In this document: in pieces, positions 1 through 8,089 of the stretch
Layout: every line of letters begins with the position of its first letter
Position numbering within the stretch: the stretch's first letter is position 1
Sequence record: SRR20825010_2951
Length of the DNA: 41,913 bases
Reading direction: 5' to 3' (one strand)
Position numbers and translations under genes: made by a program
Notes under the pieces: generated by a model
Databases searched by the model: none
What the model was told of the DNA's origin: nothing
What the model saw: the letters and a program-made list of their open reading frames with translations, nothing else

Positions 1-32
1 GGTATACGACTAAATCAACAGGCTGCTAAAGA

Positions 33-55
33 GTGGCATCGGCTTCCAGCCTGTG
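33..55 (+). repeat. REP-like palindrome (GTGG + imperfect hairpin)
   Basis: GTGG-CATCGGCT-TCC-AGCCTGTG; 12-25 (aaatcaacaggctg) can also pair with 47-59 (cagcctgtgattt). Confidence 0.5.
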
Positions 56-120
56 ATTTGCACTGAGCAGCCTGCGAAACGAGCACCGAGCAATCTCGGT
101 GCTTGAGCACCAACAAACTG

Positions 121-183
121 GTCCGAATTCTGGCGAATCCGGCTACAGCAAACTCACGTCCGAATTCTGGTGAATCCGGCGAC
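121..183 (-). repeat. Two tandem REP-like palindromes (GTAG/GTCG-CCGGATTC-RCCA-GAATTCGG-AC)
   Basis: Copies at 121-146 and 158-183 (period 37); 121-146 is the exact reverse complement of 15107-15132. Confidence 0.8.
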
Positions 184-200
184 GGAGAATTTCTGGCGAG

Positions 201-1907
201 CTACTTCTTGCCCTTCGCTTCGATCTTTCCCCAAGTATCACGCAGCGGAACGATGCGGTTGAAGATGATCTCGCCATCAGTCGAATCGGGATCGACGACG
301 TAGTACCCAAGTCGTTCGAACTGCACGCGATCACCAACGGCGGCTTCCGCCAGCGCGGGTTCCGCGTGAGCAGTCAACGTCGTCAAAGAGTCTGGGTTCA
401 AGTGATCCAGGAAGGATCCCGTGTCGGATGAGGCGTCTGGGTTCTCGACTTTGAACAGGCGATCGTAGTTCCGGACCGTCACCTTTCGGGCGTGCTCACG
501 ACTGACCCAGTGAATCGTGCCTTTGACTTTGCGACCCGAGGTGTCTTCACCGCTCTTGGTTTCTGGATCGTAGGTGCAGAGGACTTCGGTGATGTTCCCA
601 TCGGCGTCCTTCACCACGTCGTGACAGTCCACGATGTAGCCCGAACGCAAGCGAACCGAACCGCCCTTCTTCAAACGGAAGAACTTGCGAGGAGCCTCTT
701 CGCGGAAATCTTCGGTCTCGATGTACAGTTCACCGCTAAATGGAATCTCGCGACTACCGGCGGATTCGTCTTCGGGGTTGTTGATCGCGTTCATCATTTC
801 GACTTTGCCCTCGGGCCAATTCGTGATGGTGAGTTTGATCGGATCCAAAACCGCCATCCGCCGCGGCGCGACCGAGTTCAGGTGCTCGCGAACCGAATTT
901 TCCAACCGAATGACATCAATCGTGCTGTTGAACTTGGCCACCCCGATATCGGCGCAGAACGCTCGAATCGATTCGGGCGTGTAGCCGCGACGACGCAAAC
1001 CAACCAAGGTCGGCATTCGCGGATCGTCCCAACCGGTGACGTGATTTTCCTTCACCAGTTGCAAAAGTTTTCGCTTGCTCATGACGGTAAAAGTCATGTT
1101 CAAACGAGCGAACTCGATTTGGCGAGGATGATGAATGCCAAGGTTCTCGCAGTACCAATTGTAAAGCGGACGATGATGTTCGAACTCGAGCGTGCAAATC
1201 GAGAATGTGATCTTTTCCAGCGAATCGGACTGACCGTGGGCCCAGTCATACATGGGATAGATGCACCATTTGTCGCCGGTGCGATGGTGCGGCACATGAG
1301 CGATTCGGTACATCACCGGATCGCGAAGATTGATGTTCGGCGACGCCATGTCGATCTTGGCACGCAACGTTTTCTCGCCGTCTTTGAACTCGCCCGCCTT
1401 CATCGCCCGCAGCAATTCCAAGTTTTTCTCGGGAGTGCGATCGCGATGAGGTGAATTCTTGCCCGGTTCAGTCAACGTCCCGCGATACTCGCGAGTCTCC
1501 TCAGCGGTCAGGTCACAAACGTAAGCCTTGCCGTCCTTGACCAGTTGCTCGGCCCAATCATAAAGCTGATCGAAGTAGTCGCTGGCGAAGTGCAAGTTGT
1601 CCCATTCAAACCCCAACCAACGGACGTCTTCTTGAATTGAGTCGACGTATTCGGTGTCTTCTTTGATTGGGTTGGTGTCATCGAATCGCAAGTTGCATGT
1701 GCCGCCCATGTCTTTGGCCAGACCAAAGTTCAGGCAGATGCTTTTTGCGTGTCCGATGTGGAGATAACCGTTGGGTTCCGGCGGAAATCGCGTGGCAACT
1801 CCGTCAAAGCGTCCACTCGCCAGATCCGCATCAATCGCTTGGCGAATGAAGTGTTTGGACGGCGTTTTTTCAGGTGTGGCCGAGTCAGATGGTTCGGGTG
1901 CGTTCAC
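201..1907 (-). CDS. glnS: Glutamine--tRNA ligase
   Basis: [15 protein letters not shown] (HIGH), RFDDTNP, CTLEF, MSKRK, C-terminal QFERLGY; start placed at GTG 1907 (ORF open to 2024). Confidence 0.96.
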   Translation of the reverse strand: MNAPEPSDSATPEKTPSKHFIRQAIDADLASGRFDGVATRFPPEPNGYLHIGHAKSICLNFGLAKDMGGTCNLRFDDTNPIKEDTEYVDSIQEDVRWLGFEWDNLHFASDYFDQLYDWAEQLVKDGKAYVCDLTAEETREYRGTLTEPGKNSPHRDRTPEKNLELLRAMKAGEFKDGEKTLRAKIDMASPNINLRDPVMYRIAHVPHHRTGDKWCIYPMYDWAHGQSDSLEKITFSICTLEFEHHRPLYNWYCENLGIHHPRQIEFARLNMTFTVMSKRKLLQLVKENHVTGWDDPRMPTLVGLRRRGYTPESIRAFCADIGVAKFNSTIDVIRLENSVREHLNSVAPRRMAVLDPIKLTITNWPEGKVEMMNAINNPEDESAGSREIPFSGELYIETEDFREEAPRKFFRLKKGGSVRLRSGYIVDCHDVVKDADGNITEVLCTYDPETKSGEDTSGRKVKGTIHWVSREHARKVTVRNYDRLFKVENPDASSDTGSFLDHLNPDSLTTLTAHAEPALAEAAVGDRVQFERLGYYVVDPDSTDGEIIFNRIVPLRDTWGKIEAKGKK

Positions 1908-2045
1908 GTCGATTCGCCGGTACAAGGGATCAAAAGATGCCGCATTGTGACGCGATTGCCAAAACGTTGAAAGGGTAGAATGTTCGCCCCGAATTGGCCT
2001 CGTCGACACGTGCACCGGAAGCAAAACCGGTACGGTGCGGCCTTC

Positions 2046-4541
2046 TCATTTCGCCGTGGCGGCTTTCTCCAGCTGAGCCTGCATGCGAGCGATTCGTTCG
2101 GCCAGCGTTTCGCTCGACAAGCGTTCTCGCAAACGATCGACCAGCAACCCAAACCCCATCGGAGTGACCTTCTCCGGTTCGCGAATGACGACTTGGCTGC
2201 CCTCAATCCGCCGCAAAGCGTCTTCCATTCGCGATGCGTTCAGTTGGTTCTCCAAGACCTCTTCATTGCATTGATGAAGCAACAAGTTGTCCGGGTCGTA
2301 TTCACGGAACACTTCGAAGAACAAATTGCTGCTCGCCTGAAGATGCTTGTTAGGCTTTTGACGACCAGGATAGCCACCCTGGATCAATCCAGCGATGCGA
2401 GCAATCGCGCGGAAACCACGCCGGCTCATCTCGGTCGCGTTGAGCGATTCGCCGATGTCCGCCACCAGTCGATCGGGCGACAACAGTCCGGCATCGAGAG
2501 CCTGCTGCAGTGGAGCGGGCTTCGGCGACGTCAACACAAACCCATAGTCGTTGCAGGCAAACGAGAACGAGATCTTTTCAATTCGCGACATGCGATGTGC
2601 CAGCACCGCGGACAATCCTTCGTGAGCCAACCGACCGGCGAAAGGATAAAAGAACAACTGATATCCATCTCGCGTTCGAATGGACTCGATCAGCAATTCA
2701 TTCGCGGCAGGAACGTGACTCCACTTCTCTTGCAATTGCAGCAGCGGACGCATTCGCTTCATCTCTGGCCCGACGAAGTCGCCCTCGGCGGCCTGCTGCA
2801 ATTTATTCCGCAGACCTTGGGCAAGCTCGCTCGACAGCGGCATTCGTCCGCCCATCCACCGCGGCACCGCGTCGGGTGCGCCCTTGGCTCGTTTGACGTA
2901 GGCCTCGCTGTTGTCGATCCGAACCAACTCGACCAACCGACCAGCAAACAGAAATTTGTCGCCGATGCTGACTTTCGAAAGAAACGATTCTTCGACGGTG
3001 CCGAGCGTTCCGCCTTTCAAGAACTTCACTCGCATCGAAGCGTCCGAGACGATTGTCCCGATGTTCATACGGTGGTTGGACATGACTCGTTTCTGAGTCA
3101 CCACGTAGCGACCGTCGACCAGCTCGACACGTTTGAATTCGGGATAGGCATCCAGCGTGTTGCCTCCGCGGACGACAAAGTCGATGGCGAATTGCCACTG
3201 TTGTTCCGACAGCGATTCGAACGCTCGTGTTTGGCGCACTTCGGCGAGCAGTTCGTTCGATTCAAACCCGCCACCGATCGCGATGGTGACCAAGTGCTGA
3301 GTCAAGACGTCCAGCGGGGATTTGATCAACGGACGCGACTCGAGTTTGCCATCGCGAATGGAATCTTGTGCCGCTGCCAGCTCGATCAATTCGAACGCGT
3401 TGGTCGGTACAAACGCGAGCCGGCTGATCGCGCCGGGTTGGTGGCCGCTGCGACCGGCTCGTTGCAGCAACCGTGCCGCACCCTTGGGGCTTCCGATTTG
3501 GATAACAAGGTCGACGGCGGTGAAGTCGACTCCCAGATCCAAGCTGCTGGTGCAGACCACCGTTTTCAAACTGCCCTCTCGCAAACCGTTCTCCACCCAT
3601 TGCCGCACGCTGGTGTCGAGCGATCCATGATGAAGAGCAATTTGGCCAGCCCAGTCGGGTCGATGAGCCAACAGTTTTTGATACCAGATTTCGGTCTGAG
3701 ATCGGGTGTTAGCAAAGATGAGTGACGAACTGGCTTGTTCAACTTCTTTGGCCACCTCAGGAATCATTCGCGTGCCGATGTGGCCGGACCAGGGAAAGCG
3801 TTCGATGACCGGCGGAAGAATCGAGTACAGCTTGGTCTTCTTCTTGCTCTTGCCGTGAATGATGACCGCATCATCGGTGTTGGCGGGTCCCACCAAAGAT
3901 TCCAAGGCTTCCTCCAAATTGCCAAGCGTCGCGGACACGCCCCAAGTTTGTAGATCGGGCGACAGACGTCGCAATCTCGCAAGAGCCAACTCGGTTTGGA
4001 CGCCGCGTTTGGTTCCCAACAACTCATGCCACTCGTCGACGATCACCGCTTTCAACTCTGACAACTGCGGTTGCAATCGCTCATGAGTCAACATCAACGT
4101 CAGGCTTTCAGGTGTCGTGACCATTGCGGTCGGCAACCGCTTCATTTGCCGGGCCTTCAAGCTGGCTTTGGTGTCGCCGGTTCGCCCCTGCAGATCCCAA
4201 GGCAGATTCATCTCGTCGATGGCCGCCTGCATCGCCGCGGTCGTGTCACCCGCGAGAGCCTTCAGCGGAGTCACCCACAAGACTTGCAGACCTGGCGGAC
4301 GTTTCGAATTCCACTTGCTGGGGTCTTTGTTGGCTTTCATCCACTGCAACAACGGCCCCATCCAAACGGCCAGCGTTTTGCCCGTTCCCGTCGCCGAATG
4401 CACCAGCCCACTTTTGCCGTCCAAGTAAGCCTTCCAGGTCGATCGTTGGAACAGAAACGGTTTGGAATCGCGAACTTCAAAGAACCGATCCACCAACGCC
4501 CTGGGCTGGATGCGTTCGGTCTTGGAAGCGGATGCGGGCAT
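2046..4541 (-). CDS. Ligase-associated Lhr-core type DEXH-box helicase
   Basis: ATGTGKT (Walker A), TPLKAL, TTPESL, DEWH, SAT, HHGSL, CTSSLDLGVD, QRAGRSGH, HRMNIGTI, PRWMGG; start placed at MPAS. Confidence 0.92.
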   Translation of the reverse strand: MPASASKTERIQPRALVDRFFEVRDSKPFLFQRSTWKAYLDGKSGLVHSATGTGKTLAVWMGPLLQWMKANKDPSKWNSKRPPGLQVLWVTPLKALAGDTTAAMQAAIDEMNLPWDLQGRTGDTKASLKARQMKRLPTAMVTTPESLTLMLTHERLQPQLSELKAVIVDEWHELLGTKRGVQTELALARLRRLSPDLQTWGVSATLGNLEEALESLVGPANTDDAVIIHGKSKKKTKLYSILPPVIERFPWSGHIGTRMIPEVAKEVEQASSSLIFANTRSQTEIWYQKLLAHRPDWAGQIALHHGSLDTSVRQWVENGLREGSLKTVVCTSSLDLGVDFTAVDLVIQIGSPKGAARLLQRAGRSGHQPGAISRLAFVPTNAFELIELAAAQDSIRDGKLESRPLIKSPLDVLTQHLVTIAIGGGFESNELLAEVRQTRAFESLSEQQWQFAIDFVVRGGNTLDAYPEFKRVELVDGRYVVTQKRVMSNHRMNIGTIVSDASMRVKFLKGGTLGTVEESFLSKVSIGDKFLFAGRLVELVRIDNSEAYVKRAKGAPDAVPRWMGGRMPLSSELAQGLRNKLQQAAEGDFVGPEMKRMRPLLQLQEKWSHVPAANELLIESIRTRDGYQLFFYPFAGRLAHEGLSAVLAHRMSRIEKISFSFACNDYGFVLTSPKPAPLQQALDAGLLSPDRLVADIGESLNATEMSRRGFRAIARIAGLIQGGYPGRQKPNKHLQASSNLFFEVFREYDPDNLLLHQCNEEVLENQLNASRMEDALRRIEGSQVVIREPEKVTPMGFGLLVDRLRERLSSETLAERIARMQAQLEKAATAK

Positions 4542-4752
4542 GGAGCGTGCGAGGCGAAACGAATGTGAAATGCGGAGGCGACCAAGATCAGTGTTGAGCG
4601 GGGTCAACCATGAAGCCAGTTCAATCAGCCGGTGTGGACAGAACGATTTCGGCCGTCATCCACAACGGTTGGACGCGGTTCGGTTAGGCTGGTTCCACCT
4701 TTCGATCTCTCCGAATGCTGTCGTCCTCCATGTTGACCAAGGAGCCCACCTC

Positions 4753-5811
4753 GTGAAATCCAACCCGACGTCTCACCCACTGTCAGCCTCTCCATCGTCC
4801 GCTTCCAAATCATCCGTCGATCGTCGGCAATGGTTGAGCTACGCCGCGTTTGGCGGTGCCGCGATTGCAGCGGGATCTTCTCAAGCCGCGACGGTTGCCA
4901 CCGCTGCTTCGGCCAACCAAACGCAACCGAAGTACAAGTTCAAAAAGTCGATCAATCTTTGGGCGTTCCCCTACCCCGACAAAATGTCGCTGAAGGAATG
5001 TTTGCAACTGGCCAAGGACGCTGGCTTCGACGGCATCGAACTAAACTACGACCTCGACAGTGATTTGTCGCCGAAGTCGGGCACGAAAGAGTTCACCGAG
5101 ATTCGCAAGATGGCCGACGAAATCGGCATCGCAATCAGTGGCGTATGTTCGTTCCTGTTTTGGCCCTACCCGCTGACCAGCAACGATCCTGCCGAGCGTG
5201 CTCGCGGAATGGAGCTGGCGGGCAAGATGACGCAAGCGGCTCATGATTTGGGGACGGAGAACTTGCTGGTTGTGCCCGGTGCGGTTCACATGCCATGGCG
5301 AGAAGACCACGACCCGACGCCAAACGATGTTTGCGACCGAAGGGCTCGTGAAGCGATCGGCAAATTGCTTCCTCAAGCCGAGAAGTTGAACGTCAAACTG
5401 AACATGGAAAACATCTTCTTCAATGGCTTCCTGATGTCACCGATGGAGATGGCTGACTTCGTGGACAGTTTCCAAAGCGAACACGTGCGAGTGCATTTCG
5501 ACACGGGCAACATCATGGAATACCAATTCCCTGAACACTGGATTCCGATTTTAGGTGACCGCATTCAAAACGTTCATTTGAAGGAGTACACCAAAAAGGG
5601 AACGGACCATTCGCTCGAGGCATTCCGGCCATTGCTCGACGGCACCACGAACTGGCCCGCCGTCTTGGAAGCTTTCGACACGATTGGCTACGACGGATAT
5701 CTCACGTTTGAATACTTCCACCCGTACGCCCACTTCCCCGAAGCATTGATCTATCAAACGTCCGATTCACTCGATCGCATGCTCGGCAAAGCACAACCGC
5801 GACTAACCTAA
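4753..5811 (+). CDS. Tat-exported sugar phosphate isomerase/epimerase (xylose-isomerase-like TIM barrel)
   Basis: AAGGAG 8 nt before GTG 4753; DRRQWL twin-Arg signal followed by Ala-rich segment; AGFDGIEL, MEN, FDTGN, VHLKE, GYDGYLTFE. Confidence 0.85.
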   Translation: MKSNPTSHPLSASPSSASKSSVDRRQWLSYAAFGGAAIAAGSSQAATVATAASANQTQPKYKFKKSINLWAFPYPDKMSLKECLQLAKDAGFDGIELNYDLDSDLSPKSGTKEFTEIRKMADEIGIAISGVCSFLFWPYPLTSNDPAERARGMELAGKMTQAAHDLGTENLLVVPGAVHMPWREDHDPTPNDVCDRRAREAIGKLLPQAEKLNVKLNMENIFFNGFLMSPMEMADFVDSFQSEHVRVHFDTGNIMEYQFPEHWIPILGDRIQNVHLKEYTKKGTDHSLEAFRPLLDGTTNWPAVLEAFDTIGYDGYLTFEYFHPYAHFPEALIYQTSDSLDRMLGKAQPRLT

Positions 5812-5842
5812 ACAACGACCAACGCTGCTTGATCGAAATCCT

Positions 5843-5964
5843 GTAACCGACCGCCCCCATTCGGTCGGAATGCCGTAACCGACCGACGCCATTCGGTCGG
5901 AATACTGTAACCGACCGACGCCGCTCGGTCGGCATCCTGTAACCGACCGACGCCGTCGATCGGC
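5843..5964 (+). repeat. Tandem array of four 32-bp hairpin units (GTAA-CCGACCGA-CGCCAT-TCGGTCGG-N6)
   Basis: GTAACCGACCG starts at 5843, 5875, 5907, 5939; each unit has an internal inverted repeat; lies between convergent genes. Confidence 0.9.
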
Positions 5965-5978
5965 AACCCCCACCCAGC

Positions 5979-7673
5979 TCAAGGCACTTCCTCTGAACCA
6001 CTTGCGATCACTTTGGACTCCTCCTCCGGCAACATCGCGATCAAATCAGCCAATCGATCGGCGTCGGCGGGTTGCTTGTCCGTTCGCCAGCGAACAATGC
6101 GAGGGAATCGGGTCGCGATGCCAGACTTGTGTCGTGTGCTTCGTTGCAATCCTTCGAACGCCAACTCCATCACCAGCTCGGGTTTGACACTTCGAACCGG
6201 TCCGAAACGTTCGGAGGTGTTATCACGCACAAATCGGTCGACCTTGCGAATCTCGGCGTCGGTCAAACCGCTGTAGGCCTTCGCGAACGGAACCAATTTG
6301 TCTTCGTCCCAAACCGCAAACGTGTAGTCCGTGTACAGACTGGCTCGCTTGCCATGCCCTCGTTGCGCATAGATCAAAACAGCATCCACGGTGTGCGGAG
6401 CGAGCTTCCATTTCCACCAAACACCGCGAACACGTCCGACGCTGTAAGGTGCATCCAAACGTTTGATCATCACCCCTTCGGCCAATGCATCACGACTCGT
6501 CGATCGAATCGCCGCGAGGTCATCCCAAGAATCAAAAGACAACGGCTCATTCCAAACGACACTGGGCGGTTGATGGATGCTCAGCATCTTGAGCAACGCG
6601 TCACGCCGATCGGCCAAGGGTTTCGCTCTCAAGTCGTTGCCATCCAGTTCCAAACAATCAAACGCATGGAACATCACGGGCACCTCCGTCAGCAACTTTT
6701 TGCCAACCGTTTTGCGTCCGATCCGGCGTTGCAGCTGGGCAAAAGGAAGCACCTCGATTGCCTGTTTGGAATCGTCCAAAGCCGGCGAGACATGACGACT
6801 GGCCAAGATCTCACCATCGATCACTGTGCCGTCCGGCAAGAACTCCGCCGCACGTTCAATTTCGGGCCAACGATTGACCATCAGATCTTCGCCACGAGAC
6901 CAAATGTAAGTTCGCCCGGCACGCCGGATCACTTGGCCTCGGATGCCATCCCACTTCCATTCGGCTTGATACTCCGAAGCGTCGCCAAGCGTTTGCCAAT
7001 CGGGCCCGTCGCCTGCCGCGTTGGCATCGTCCGCCAATGCGTGAGCCAGACAAAACGGATATGGCCGGCTGTGGGTCGCGTCGTTCAAGTCCGTCGAATG
7101 CAGCCGCTCGATGAAGTCAGGCGTTGGATCCCAATCGCCCATCAATCGGTGAGCGATCACGTCGGCGGGCAATCCGTTGGACTCGGCGATTCCGCGGGCC
7201 ACCAATCGCGAACTGACACCGACGCGAAACGATCCGGTGATCAGTTTCATCAAAATCAATCGCGAGGTGCCCTCGGTTTGCGCCCACATTTGCCGCACGG
7301 CGTCCGATTGCTCGGATTCGTCCATGCGGGCCAGCGGAAGCACGTCGTTTTGCATCCAATCCGACAAACTTCGGGAATCCGCATCCGATGAGTTTCCTGC
7401 CGGGACCAGCAGTGAGATCGTTTCGGCCAGGTCCCCGACCGAATCGTAAGACTCCTCGAACAACCAATCCGGGATGCCGGCCGACTCCGCCGCCAACCGT
7501 CGCAATAACCCCGTGGAAACCAAGCGTTTTACACGTCGACCGCTCAGCGAAGCGATGGCCCAAGCGGCATCTTCGGGGGATGCGGCGGACATGTACTGGG
7601 CGATCGCGGCGACCTTTTCGTTGGTCTTCGTCGTCTGATCCAGTCGCTGGAAGAGTTCGGCAAAGAGTTTCAT
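5979..7673 (-). CDS. ATP-dependent DNA ligase (DNA-damage-response type)
   Basis: EWKWDGIRGQ (motif I KxDG), DGEI, AFD, EGVMIK, WWKWK, YTDYTF, KAYSGLTD, RFPRI; N-terminal VGDLAETI DNA-binding domain. Confidence 0.95.
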   Translation of the reverse strand: MKLFAELFQRLDQTTKTNEKVAAIAQYMSAASPEDAAWAIASLSGRRVKRLVSTGLLRRLAAESAGIPDWLFEESYDSVGDLAETISLLVPAGNSSDADSRSLSDWMQNDVLPLARMDESEQSDAVRQMWAQTEGTSRLILMKLITGSFRVGVSSRLVARGIAESNGLPADVIAHRLMGDWDPTPDFIERLHSTDLNDATHSRPYPFCLAHALADDANAAGDGPDWQTLGDASEYQAEWKWDGIRGQVIRRAGRTYIWSRGEDLMVNRWPEIERAAEFLPDGTVIDGEILASRHVSPALDDSKQAIEVLPFAQLQRRIGRKTVGKKLLTEVPVMFHAFDCLELDGNDLRAKPLADRRDALLKMLSIHQPPSVVWNEPLSFDSWDDLAAIRSTSRDALAEGVMIKRLDAPYSVGRVRGVWWKWKLAPHTVDAVLIYAQRGHGKRASLYTDYTFAVWDEDKLVPFAKAYSGLTDAEIRKVDRFVRDNTSERFGPVRSVKPELVMELAFEGLQRSTRHKSGIATRFPRIVRWRTDKQPADADRLADLIAMLPEEESKVIASGSEEVP

Positions 7674-8089
7674 GCGAGGATCGCGTTTTCAGGTTGACAA
7701 AAATTCGATTTGTTCACTCAAAGCCGTGTTGACACTGGTTGTCCGCAATTCGTATTGCCAACCTCGCTAGGAAGGTTTTCGTGCTGACTCATTGGGTTTA
7801 TTCCGTCACGACGATGGGATTCTACCGAGGAGACCAGTTCGAAACGCGGAACACTCCGGTGTTCACGGCCGACAACCAGTCCACCCATGGTGAGTCTGGG
7901 CGAGAGCTTTCCTGCACTTTATGGATTTCATGTCTCACGCGAAGAAGGAGAGTCGCGTTGAACCGCTCGTATCATCCGCCAAGGCGGAACCGGTCATGTC
8001 CTGAGGGACAGACCAAGGATGAATTGGGTCATTCGATGACCGCGATGACCAATGCTCCTGGAAAAGGGGCCTCTGCTAAGGAGACGTTG

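Noticed and set aside
492-1454. 320-aa ORF antisense to glnS
   Set aside because: Shadow ORF fully inside a conserved gene on the other strand
1980-3725. 581-aa plus-strand ORF
   Set aside because: Antisense shadow of the helicase with no recognisable motifs; common in GC-rich coding DNA
5843-5964. Possible mini CRISPR array
   Set aside because: Units are separated by only about 6 similar nucleotides, with no unique spacers and no cas genes in the window
6072-7391. 439-aa ORF antisense to the ligase
   Set aside because: Shadow ORF with no domain signal
7739-8089. N-terminal extension of secretin 1, or a known riboswitch
   Set aside because: The RBS and signal peptide support the 8090 start; no match to riboswitch consensus motifs that I can recognise
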